64,000 nucleotides of DNA, taken from NCBI GenBank assembly GCA_910576925.1, contig CAJTKB010000002.1:419-64418 (forward strand), read 5' to 3'. The notes under the pieces are model-generated. The model ran no database searches, was not told the DNA's origin, and was given only the letters and a program-made list of their open reading frames with translations. The stretch is from an uncultured Bacilli bacterium (GTDB lineage: Bacteria; Bacillota_I; Bacilli_A; RF39; UBA660). Positions 52,388 to 61,334 of this stretch are shown here, piece after piece (position 1 is the stretch's first letter; each line of letters opens with the position of its first letter). The position numbers and the translations under genes were made by a program.

Positions 52388-52616
52388 TGTGTTTAAATTC
52401 TGAATTCCTTATCTTCTTTCTTAAGTCTGCTATTTCTATTTCGTGACATCTAATTATCTCTGCTTTTTGTTTTATGTTTTCTTTTTGAAGTGCTACAACC
52501 TCATTTTGATATTTTTCTATTTTTTCTTTTGCTCTAACTATCTCTTCTAAAGTTGAAATATATTCCAATTGTTCTGTATTCTTCTTCTGTCTATATTTTT
52601 CTATAAAATTAAACAC
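52365..52616 (-). CDS. hypothetical coiled-coil phage protein
   Basis: ORF. Confidence 0.3.
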   Translation of the reverse strand: MFNFIEKYRQKKNTEQLEYISTLEEIVRAKEKIEKYQNEVVALQKENIKQKAEIIRCHEIEIADLRKKIRNSEFKHNEKKENK

Positions 52617-52830
52617 TAGCTAACTCTCCTTTTAAATCGTTTAATTGCATTCTTATTTCTTCTTTTACTTTGTTATCTTCTGTATCTTCTAATATCTCTT
52701 TAACATAAGTTACAAAGTAGTCATATATTTTTAGTTTTATTTCTGACTCTTCTATTTTTTCTTCTAAACTTTGTATACGTTCTTGTTCTGGTGTTAAATA
52801 TATTTCTCCATTTTCATCATCTACGTACAT
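52609..52830 (-). CDS. hypothetical phage protein
   Basis: ORF. Confidence 0.3.
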   Translation of the reverse strand: MYVDDENGEIYLTPEQERIQSLEEKIEESEIKLKIYDYFVTYVKEILEDTEDNKVKEEIRMQLNDLKGELASV

Positions 52831-53021
52831 CTTCTTAACTCCTTCCTTAAGTTATCCTCGAATTCTATTCTTTTACTTCTGTATATAACCTGTCCACACC
52901 AATCACAAATCATTTTGTTTTTAAAATATGGAAATACCCTTTTTCTGCCACAGTTTTTGCATTGAATTTTCAATTTAGCATAGTAATCAGCTTCTCTAGG
53001 CCAATTATCATTTCTTAACAT
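52821..53021 (-). CDS. zinc-ribbon phage protein
   Basis: CKNCG...CDWCG. Confidence 0.35.
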   Translation of the reverse strand: MLRNDNWPREADYYAKLKIQCKNCGRKRVFPYFKNKMICDWCGQVIYRSKRIEFEDNLRKELRRCT

Positions 53022-53494
53022 AATTTTCTTATCCCTTCTATTCTTACTTTTTGTTCTTTCTCATAATACTTGTCATAGAGCTTGTCCAGTCTTTCATAAC
53101 TGTAATTGTCTAAATCTTGATATGTTACCTTTGTACCTTCTTTTGATAACTTCCTTATCAAAGCTTTTATTAGCAAGCATTTCTTATAATGAGTGCTATT
53201 GTATTCATTTAATAGCATTGTTTTATGACATAAGTTACAATCTATTAGATAATCATTTTTAAGTTTTTCTTTTTTATTTAACGTTAATAAGCCATCAACT
53301 AAATCGAATGGACTGGGTATTTTTTTTCTTTTTATTTCATCTTGTAAATATTCATCTAACTTTTTAACAACTTCTTCGCATTTATAATTTTTTAAAACTC
53401 TATACCATTCTTCCGAAACTTCATCTGCCTTAGCCATATTTTGATAATGAACTCTAACTCTATCTAAAAGTTTACAAACCTCTGTATCGTCCAC
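53015..53494 (-). CDS. hypothetical replication-module protein
   Basis: ORF that overlaps the end of the replisome organizer gene. Confidence 0.3.
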   Translation of the reverse strand: MDDTEVCKLLDRVRVHYQNMAKADEVSEEWYRVLKNYKCEEVVKKLDEYLQDEIKRKKIPSPFDLVDGLLTLNKKEKLKNDYLIDCNLCHKTMLLNEYNSTHYKKCLLIKALIRKLSKEGTKVTYQDLDNYSYERLDKLYDKYYEKEQKVRIEGIRKLC

Positions 53495-54299
53495 TTTTTT
53501 TCTCCTCTTCTATTTGTTTTCTTATTTTGTCCCATTTACTAGGTTCTTTTTCTTTATCAAGCTCTTTATTCTGATTTTTTTTATCTCTAAATTTCTTAAT
53601 ATAAGCCTCTGCTTCTTGTAAAGTCCTTACATTAGCTTTCTGCCAATTGTAAATAATTCTATCTATGTAGTTTATATAAAACACACCATTCGTAACACTT
53701 TCAGCAATAGCTAGTTTTATAAGCTCTACTGGATAAGTCCAAGTTTTAATTTTCTCTTTTTCTAACGGAGTAGTAAATCTTCCAAATTCTTTTTCTAAGA
53801 TTTCATTCACCTTTCCAAACGTTTCATTGTCCATATTAGATGTACTAATATTATTAGTAATTACTATACTACTCTCTTCTTTTCTATACTCTTCTATACT
53901 ATTCTCTTCTATACTGGGTTGCCAGTTGGTTGCCAAATGGTTGCCAGGAGTATTTTGGTCTTTTAAATTATAGATTTTTTCATCTACTACAAGTTGTTTT
54001 TTTTCATTAACATACATCGTTGGGTTATATCTATCTTTTCGTATTGTATTGTGTATAAGCCAATGTCTAACAACACATACCTTACTTTCAAATGGTATTA
54101 GATATCTCTTTAATATTAATAGTTTAAAATCGTCTTCTTTAGCTCCTATAACGCGCATAATTGAATTACAATTATCTATGAAGCCATCATCATCTGCTCT
54201 AATATTTAAGTGAAAGTATAATGCTTGTGTTGTTAAAGGCATATCTAGAAAGTCGTCACTATCTGCTATAGTTTTATCAAACATTCGTTTTTGTGCCAT
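53472..54299 (-). CDS. phage replisome organizer (DnaD-like N-terminal domain)
   Basis: MAQKRMFDKTIADSDDFLDMPLTTQALYFHL is the characteristic N-terminus of the phage replisome organizer family. Confidence 0.7.
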   Translation of the reverse strand: MAQKRMFDKTIADSDDFLDMPLTTQALYFHLNIRADDDGFIDNCNSIMRVIGAKEDDFKLLILKRYLIPFESKVCVVRHWLIHNTIRKDRYNPTMYVNEKKQLVVDEKIYNLKDQNTPGNHLATNWQPSIEENSIEEYRKEESSIVITNNISTSNMDNETFGKVNEILEKEFGRFTTPLEKEKIKTWTYPVELIKLAIAESVTNGVFYINYIDRIIYNWQKANVRTLQEAEAYIKKFRDKKNQNKELDKEKEPSKWDKIRKQIEEEKKSGRYRGL

Positions 54300-54327
54300 T
54301 TATACTCTCCTTTACTATATTGTCATA

Positions 54328-54534
54328 TTAATTTTTAAAAACTTCATCGTGATATATCTTACTTGTTAGTTCCTTAATTTTTTCTTCGTATAAATTTAAC
54401 AATTTTCTGTATTTTTCTATTGCAAACGTTTCTACTCTATATCTTTTTAGTTCTGCTTCAAGTATTTTCAGTTTAAGTTTTAATTCTTCATTCTCCTGCT
54501 GTAGTTCTATATTTATTTTTTCTATTTTTTGCAT
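54328..54534 (-). CDS. small coiled-coil phage protein
   Basis: ORF. Confidence 0.3.
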   Translation of the reverse strand: MQKIEKINIELQQENEELKLKLKILEAELKRYRVETFAIEKYRKLLNLYEEKIKELTSKIYHDEVFKN

Positions 54535-54744
54535 AGCATTCCTTTCTTATTCAGGCACTCTATGAAGACTAGAATTTTAGATAAGGAGAATTTATATTTT
54601 TATTATTTAAAGTAACGTGTGCAATAAATATATAATTAATTCTAATCTTCACAGAGTACCCGAATTGTTTTAAATTTTAATTATTCATAATTTCTTCTAA
54701 GAGCTTGTCCATCTCTTCATCTGTTAAATATTCAACTAGTTTAA

Positions 54745-54933
54745 TCATTTCTGCTCTCCTTTAAAGTTTTTAATTTCATAATAAGTACATAATCTGCCCA
54801 TTTTCTTATCACATTTGCTTGATAAGTCATCAAAATTATTTCCACTTGTTGCAATACCTTTGAAAATAATAGATAACAATAAAGTAGTTATTAATGTATA
54901 TTTAACCTTATTCTTTAGTCTTACTTTCTTCAT
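54745..54933 (-). CDS. small secreted Cys-containing peptide
   Basis: Signal-like N-terminus (KYTLITTLLLSIIFKGIA), then a roughly 35-aa mature region with 2 Cys. Confidence 0.35.
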   Translation of the reverse strand: MKKVRLKNKVKYTLITTLLLSIIFKGIATSGNNFDDLSSKCDKKMGRLCTYYEIKNFKGEQK

Positions 54934-55293
54934 TTTGACTCCTTTATTTTTTATCTAAAGTGTGTTATACTTTAGATGTTATTTTTTTTAACAAGGGCTT
55001 TTTCGTAACTGGTTAAGCCCCTTTTTTGTTTGTAATTTTTAAATTGATAATATCTAAATTTTCTTGAATTGATAAAAGATACATTAAATAATCAACCATT
55101 TCTATAGATTTACTATTTAATTCTTTTTTAACTTCTTTTAATTCCATTTTTTACACCTCTCTATATCTTATGTCGTAAAATGTCATTTCTTGTTTTAGTT
55201 TGGTCACTATATACAAATATTCAAAGAATACTTGAATTTTTTTTAATATTGAATAATTCTTGTTTCACTCTCCTTACAGACTTATAATAAAAC

Positions 55294-55683
55294 TTGGAAG
55301 GAGGTATTACTTTGAAATTAAAGCAAGATTGTATTAGAGATACACTTTTGTTCCTTGAAAAAAATATGTCTAGAACTGGTTTCTTTAGTAGTCATTCAAT
55401 TCAATTAGATAATTTTTCAACAGAAGATATTGATTACACCGTTGAAAAATTAAGTGAAGCTGGGTACTTAACTCTTGCCTCAATATATTGTGATGGTCAT
55501 ATTTTAATCAGATGCATAACCTATGATGGGCACCAATTTCTAGATAATATTCGTGATGATAAAGTTTGGGCTAAAACAAAGTTAGTGTTATCAAAATTTT
55601 CATCTACTTCTATGTCATTTGTTCAAGAAGTAGCATCACAAGTTATATCAAATATCATTAGTAACAGTTTATACAAAAAGTAA
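55294..55683 (+). CDS. DUF2513-like phage-associated protein
   Basis: N-terminal LKQDCIRDTLLFLEKN resembles the DUF2513 start (..CIRDILL..E). The gene is oriented against the surrounding early operon. Confidence 0.45.
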   Translation: MEGGITLKLKQDCIRDTLLFLEKNMSRTGFFSSHSIQLDNFSTEDIDYTVEKLSEAGYLTLASIYCDGHILIRCITYDGHQFLDNIRDDKVWAKTKLVLSKFSSTSMSFVQEVASQVISNIISNSLYKK

Positions 55684-55685
55684 AA

Positions 55686-55886
55686 TTATTTAAAATTTGC
55701 TTTTTCTGTATTAATAAATATTTGCTCTGGTAAAACTGTCATTTTCAATTCAATGTGTATAATAGGTTCGACTTCAATTCTTGAAATTGTCCATTTATTA
55801 ACACTATGTGATATATCTAATCCATCAAGTTTAATTTCTGTCTTATCATCTCTGCAATTTAAAAATAATTTATTTAAATCTTCCAT
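55686..55886 (-). CDS. hypothetical small phage protein
   Basis: ORF. Confidence 0.25.
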   Translation of the reverse strand: MEDLNKLFLNCRDDKTEIKLDGLDISHSVNKWTISRIEVEPIIHIELKMTVLPEQIFINTEKANFK

Positions 55887-55894
55887 ACTCTCTC

Positions 55895-56113
55895 CTATTC
55901 TTTTTGCTCATAAAATTTTGTCCAATCTAATCCTAAGATACTGGCTATCCTTTTTGCTAATTTAGGTTTGGGAGTTCTTTTTCCTCTTTCCCACCAAAAT
56001 ATAGCTTGCTGTGTAACTCCTACTTCTTTAGCGAGTTGTGGATAAGTGAAACCTCTATCAATTCTTGCTTGAATTAGCCAATGCCTGACTGGTTCTGTTG
56101 ATCTTCCTGCCAT
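55895..56113 (-). CDS. Cro-like XRE HTH regulator
   Basis: 72 aa with an HTH (FTYPQLAKEVGVTQQAIFWWERGKRTP). It is divergent from the cI-like gene. Confidence 0.6.
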   Translation of the reverse strand: MAGRSTEPVRHWLIQARIDRGFTYPQLAKEVGVTQQAIFWWERGKRTPKPKLAKRIASILGLDWTKFYEQKE

Positions 56114-56368
56114 TTAATCACCTCCTTGATTTCTGTAACTTATTGTTGTATAATTTAGTTGTCTATTTTTTAAATAGATAAAAAACTTATCGTGGTATAA
56201 ATTAAATATTATCTTTCTAAATTACCATTTTATTTTTTTATTAGTGGCAATAAGAAAAAATGAAAAGTATATTTAAAAAAGGATTAAGTTTTTTTAAAAA
56301 TCTTTTTGCTAATGGAATAAGTATTATTATCATAATTAGTAACAATAACACCATTAATAAGAAGTGAC

Positions 56369-56380
56369 CTTGATATCAAG
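56369..56380. promoter_or_regulatory. perfect 12-bp palindrome CTTGATATCAAG in the cro-cI intergenic region, with a partial copy CTTGATATC at 56399-56407. Candidate operator.
   Basis: Read directly from the sequence between the divergent repressor genes. Confidence 0.4.
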
Positions 56381-56566
56381 TTAGTTTACCAGACAGAGCT
56401 TGATATCTTTTTTTATACAACAATTTTTGTAATCTTGCGTATAGCTTGATTACATATTTATCATACAACAAGTTGTTTCTTATGTCAATAAAAAAAAGTA
56501 ATTTAATTATAACGAATTGTTTATAATTGTAATTTTGTTGTATTATAAGCGCAAGGAGGTATCTTT

Positions 56567-56926
56567 ATGTTTGGAGAAAGACTAAAATATTTACGAGAAA
56601 ACAAAAACTTACTTCAAAAAGAATTAGGAGATGCTTTAAATGTTACTTCTCAAACTGTGAGTGGCTGGGAAATTAATAGAACAAAACCAGATTATGATAT
56701 GTTGGTTACTATAGCAAATTTTTTTGAAGTTACTATTGACTATTTATTAGGTAATGAGATGAAAGCAACTAAAATTGAAAATGAATTAAAAGAAAAAGAA
56801 GCGTTGAAACAGTTATTAATAAAAAATGGATATATGAAAGAAAACGAAAATTTAAGCGACGAGGAATTAAATAAGCTTATGAAATTTGTGGTTAATAATA
56901 AAGATATATTGAAAGGAAATAAATAA
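56567..56926 (+). CDS. CI-like XRE-family repressor
   Basis: HTH (LLQKELGDALNVTSQTVSGWE). The RBS is AAGGAGG. It is divergent from the cro-like gene. Confidence 0.7.
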   Translation: MFGERLKYLRENKNLLQKELGDALNVTSQTVSGWEINRTKPDYDMLVTIANFFEVTIDYLLGNEMKATKIENELKEKEALKQLLIKNGYMKENENLSDEELNKLMKFVVNNKDILKGNK

Positions 56927-57726
56927 TGATGATTTCAAAAAAGAAGAATGGATTAAAGTCCTCAAATGCATCAAGTATTGAAGGAAAAAATATTGAAGGC
57001 AGAACGATAATTTCTTCTAAATGGATTATTGATTATTTATTAAAATTAATAGATAATAATCTTAATTGTGAATTATATACTTTTATAGAATTTTTTCCCA
57101 TATATAAAGCAAAAATTAAAAGTTTAATCAAATATAAAGTCTCTGAAATACCCGAAAAGTTTTTAACAAAACCAGATATCAACGTTATTATTGCTTTTAT
57201 TGAATATCTAAAATCTGATATAGACAAAGAATACAAAATGGATATATATGTAAATTTAATTATGAAAAACATAGATGTTAGAAATAAGAAAATAATTCAT
57301 AATTCTTTCTTATCAATTATTAAAGATTTAAATTATAATGATATCTTGCTATTAGATAATTTACGAAAAATAAAAAAAGAAGATATTATAAGCTTAAATG
57401 TAATAGATAACAATTCAAATATTATTGATATATTTAATTGTGAGAAATACTTTACCTTCATAAAACATAATATAAATTTAGATGAGTTGACAATTTCTAT
57501 TAATAACCTAATACGATTAAATTTAATTTCTCTTTTTATGTCATCGCAAAAAAAAGAGAACATTTTAGAAAACTGGATAAATATCTTGCATTCAGAAACA
57601 ATAAAGAACATTTCTAAGGAACAGAAATGTGATTTACAATTTCAAGCAAAGCAAAGTGGTTATATATCATTAACTAATTTAGGAGAGATTATTGCAAATC
57701 TATGTATTATAGAAAATTATATTTAA
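56926..57726 (+). CDS. hypothetical protein translationally coupled to the repressor (candidate superinfection-exclusion / abortive-infection factor)
   Basis: 266-aa ORF whose ATG overlaps the cI stop (TAATG). I recognise no domain. Confidence 0.4.
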   Translation: MMISKKKNGLKSSNASSIEGKNIEGRTIISSKWIIDYLLKLIDNNLNCELYTFIEFFPIYKAKIKSLIKYKVSEIPEKFLTKPDINVIIAFIEYLKSDIDKEYKMDIYVNLIMKNIDVRNKKIIHNSFLSIIKDLNYNDILLLDNLRKIKKEDIISLNVIDNNSNIIDIFNCEKYFTFIKHNINLDELTISINNLIRLNLISLFMSSQKKENILENWINILHSETIKNISKEQKCDLQFQAKQSGYISLTNLGEIIANLCIIENYI

Positions 57727-57792
57727 TATTTCTTACTATAAAAGCACTAAAATGAACTGAACCCCAAAAGTTGGACAGTTTATAAATAGTTT

Positions 57793-58690
57793 CTAATTAA
57801 AGGATTGTAACCTGTAATTTACGGGAGATAGTCCTTTTAATTTTACTTTAATTCTATCATAATTATAATATTTAATATAGTCATCGATTGCTAAAATTAG
57901 TTCATCTATTGTTTTATAACTTTCTTCTTGGTCATAAAACATTTCAGTTTTAAGAAGTCCAAAGAAATTCTCCATCATTCCGTTATCCATGCTGTTTCCT
58001 TTTCTAGACATGCTTTGCTTAATACCTTTATTCTTTAATCGTTGTTGATAAGAAGCATGCTGGTATTGCCAACCTTGATCAGAATGAAATATTAAACCTT
58101 CTAAATTTCTATCATTAAATGCTTTATCTAACATATCATTTATTTGTTCTAGATTTGGAGATTTAGATGTATTGTAAGATACTATTTCACCATTAAATCC
58201 GTCTAGTATTGGTGATAAATAAATCTTTTCTCCACGAAGATTGAATTCAGTAACATCTGTATACCATTTCTGATTTGGTTTAGCTGCAGAGAATTCTCGA
58301 TTAATATAATTATCTGCTATTTTACCAACTGTTCCTTTATATGATGAATATTTTCTTTTGTTTCTTTTTAAAGGTTTTAATCCTAACTTCACCATTATTC
58401 TATAAACTTTCTTGTGATTAACATTATAACCTTGATTTCTAAGTTCTAATGTTATCCTACGATAGCCATATCTTTCTTTATTATTTATAAATATTTCTTT
58501 AATTTTATCAATTATTTCATTATTTTTTTCATCTTTATCTGTTTTAGATAAAGTATAATAATATACTGATTTTGCTAAACCAGATATCTTTAGAAGAATC
58601 TTTAATGAATATGTTAGCCGAAGTTCACTTACAACATTTACTTTTTCTTCTGTTGTTGATTCTTCCTTGCTTGAACAACGGCTCTCAATT
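57793..58690 (-). CDS. IS3-family transposase OrfB (DDE integrase core). The N-terminus extends upstream of the first Met and is expressed by -1 frameshift from orfA.
   Basis: KERYGYRRITLELRNQGYNVNHKKVYRIM upstream of the annotated Met, together with HSDQGWQY, matches the IS3 OrfB pattern. Confidence 0.75.
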
Positions 58691-59144
58691 TTTTTGAGTA
58701 TTCTAGCTCAGCCTTCAAATATAAATTCTCTTCTTGTAATCGTTTTATAGTTTCATCTTTAGTTTCTTTAGATTTTTTCTTCGTTACTTTTGGCATAGTT
58801 GGACGCCCTCGCTTTCGTTCAACTATATTATAACCATTTTCTTTATATTTTGAAATCCAGTTTGATAGCATTCCATGACTAGGTAATCCTAAATCTATAG
58901 AAACTGCCCAGGTAGATTCCCCTTTATTTAAAACTCTATTTATTGCATCTATTTTGAAAGTTAAAGAATATCTTTTATTTTTCTTTTTTTGCACTATCTT
59001 GTATCCATGTCTCTCAATTAATCTAACTAAATATTTCACTCGTCTTGCATCAATTTTATATTCTTGATGAACAGTTTCAAGAGAGACACCTTTTTTTCTT
59101 TTATTATATATTTCAACTTTATCCTCATAACTTAATTTAGACAT
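58638..59144 (-). CDS. IS3-family transposase OrfA (HTH)
   Basis: 168 aa with an HTH and a leucine-zipper-like C-terminus, ending near the slippery site. Confidence 0.75.
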   Translation of the reverse strand: MSKLSYEDKVEIYNKRKKGVSLETVHQEYKIDARRVKYLVRLIERHGYKIVQKKKNKRYSLTFKIDAINRVLNKGESTWAVSIDLGLPSHGMLSNWISKYKENGYNIVERKRGRPTMPKVTKKKSKETKDETIKRLQEENLYLKAELEYSKKLRAVVQARKNQQQKKK

Positions 59145-59552
59145 ATAAAAACCTCGCTTCTATTTTGTCCAAGAAACGGGGTTCATATCAAAAAACTAGT
59201 GCTTTTTACTTTGTTCTATTAACCACTTAATAAATTGTTTGTACACTCCCTGCTTTTTTAAATAATTATAGAATTTATCAAAATTATTCAACTTAATCAC
59301 CCCCTGTTCTATTTTAGATAAATATTTAATATTTTTTGGAAATGATATATAATCGTACTCATCAACTTGTAGTTTTCTGCATTTCTAGCAACTTACAATA
59401 TCATAAAACAAATGAAAATACGTTTTTTTACCTTTAAAGCTTAAAAATAGACCTTCAAAATAAGTGAAGGTAAAAAATTAATGGAAATAATTACAAAAAA
59501 AATAATTAATAAGTTTTGCTATAATTTTTTTAGAATGAAGAGGTTATAGTTT

Positions 59553-60203
59553 ATGAGAATTGTAGTTATTGAAGATAATAAAAGAGTTAACTCATTGATC
59601 TGTGAGTATGTAAATGAAATAGTAAGTAAAAGTTGTTTAGATTATCAATTATTAAATTTTTATAGTTTTAATGATAATCTTAGAAAAATTATTTATAATT
59701 GCGATATTAAAATTTATATTGTAGATTTACAGCTCAATTCTAAAAGTGGATATAATATTTGTAGAGAAATACGAGAAGGAGCTAATGATTGGAAAAGCAT
59801 TATAATTATTTGTTCAGCTTATAATCAAAAAGAAGAAATTATATCTTTAAGACTATCTATTTTTACTTATGTATCCAAACATATTAATTTTAAAAGTAAC
59901 ATCAAAGATAGCATAAATAAAGCTATCCAAATTTTATCTAGTAATAACATTGTAACAATAGATAAAAATACAAAAATATGTATTAATGATATTTGCTATA
60001 TTGAAAAAATTAAACAAACTAAGTATTGTAAAATAGTTACTCTAGATTCTAAAGAATATAAAATAATGAAAACTATTAAAATGTTGAAAAAGGAACTAAA
60101 TTTTAAACAGATAAGAAACTATTTGCTAATTAACGATAATAATATTAGAATAATAGATAAACAGGAGATCACCTTTATAAATAAAATTAGTATTAAATAT
60201 TAG
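59553..60203 (+). CDS. LytTR-family response regulator (REC + LytTR), orphan
   Basis: MRIVVIEDN with the IVDLQL acceptor Asp region, and a C-terminal LytTR pattern (ICYIEK...FKQIRNYLLINDNNI). Confidence 0.6.
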   Translation: MRIVVIEDNKRVNSLICEYVNEIVSKSCLDYQLLNFYSFNDNLRKIIYNCDIKIYIVDLQLNSKSGYNICREIREGANDWKSIIIICSAYNQKEEIISLRLSIFTYVSKHINFKSNIKDSINKAIQILSSNNIVTIDKNTKICINDICYIEKIKQTKYCKIVTLDSKEYKIMKTIKMLKKELNFKQIRNYLLINDNNIRIIDKQEITFINKISIKY

Positions 60204-60218
60204 AAAGGGAATAAAAAT

Positions 60219-61181
60219 ATGAGTACAGAATTAGAACAAAGAAATGAAATAATATTATTTGAAAATCAAGAAGTCAAACTTGAAGTAAATATGCAAGATG
60301 AAACTGTTTGGTTATCTTTAGAACAAATGGCTAGATTGTTTGACAGAGATAAATCAGTAATTTCAAGACATATAAGAAATGTTTTGGAAGAAGAGTGTGA
60401 CAATTCAACTGTTGCAAATTTTGCAACAGTTCAAAAAGAAGGTAATAGAGAAGTTACCCGAGAAATAGAATATTATAATCTGGATGTAATAATTAGTGTA
60501 GGTTATCGTGTTAAAAGCAAAAATGGTATTTTATTTAGAAAATGGGCTAATAAGGTATTAAAAGACTATATGATACAGGGATATTCAATTAATAAGCAAA
60601 GACTTGAATATTTAGAAAAAACAGTTAAGCTAATAGATATTGCTAACCGTGTAGATAGCGAATTAAAAAGTAATGAAGCTAGAGAGATTATTAAAGTTAT
60701 AAATGAATATTCTAATGCTCTAAATTTATTAGATGAATACGACCACAGAACTTTAACTAAACCTAAAGGAACATTAAATAATGATGTAATAATAAAATAT
60801 CAAGATTGCTTGAATATAATTAATCAAATGAAATTCAAGAACGATAGTGATATTTTTGGATTAGAGAGAAACAATGGCTTAGAAAGTATTATAAACAACG
60901 TATTCCAATCATTTATGGAAAACGATGTCTACCCTACCATTGAAGAAAAAGCCTCTAATTTTCTGTATTTAATTGTTAAAAATCACGTATTCATAGATGG
61001 TAACAAAAGAATAGCTGCTACCCTATTTATTTACTTCTTACAATTCTATAATATTCTTTATAAGAATAATAAACAAGTAATAGATAACAACACATTAGTA
61101 GCAATAACGTTATTAATTGCAGAATCTAATCCTAAAGAAAAGCAGATTTTAATTGATTTAATTATGAATTTTCTAAATTAA
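60219..61181 (+). CDS. RhuM-family protein with a C-terminal Doc-type Fic domain
   Basis: NLDVIISVGYRVKSKNGILFRKWANKVLKDY is the RhuM signature. HVFIDGNKRIAATLF matches the Doc/Fic HxFx(D)GNKR motif. Confidence 0.7.
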   Translation: MSTELEQRNEIILFENQEVKLEVNMQDETVWLSLEQMARLFDRDKSVISRHIRNVLEEECDNSTVANFATVQKEGNREVTREIEYYNLDVIISVGYRVKSKNGILFRKWANKVLKDYMIQGYSINKQRLEYLEKTVKLIDIANRVDSELKSNEAREIIKVINEYSNALNLLDEYDHRTLTKPKGTLNNDVIIKYQDCLNIINQMKFKNDSDIFGLERNNGLESIINNVFQSFMENDVYPTIEEKASNFLYLIVKNHVFIDGNKRIAATLFIYFLQFYNILYKNNKQVIDNNTLVAITLLIAESNPKEKQILIDLIMNFLN

Positions 61182-61334
61182 AAAAAGACCTCACACGGCA
61201 ATGTGAAGTCAAATGAAAAACTACTTAGTGACCAAACTAAAACTATAACAAAAATATAGAGTTTTTCTATACAATGTGATAGGAGTTTTTCTATTACATT
61301 GTAGCATATTATTAAATAAAAAGGAAGTGTTACA

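Larger units (their letters stand above)
57758..59185 (-). mobile_element. IS3-family insertion sequence (IS150-like orfA/orfB with frameshift)
   Basis: Imperfect terminal inverted repeats TGAACCCCAAAAGTTGGACAG (left) and TGAACCCCGTTTCTTGGACAA (right, reverse complement), an A7 slippery run near 58690, and orfA plus a DDE-type orfB. Confidence 0.8.
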
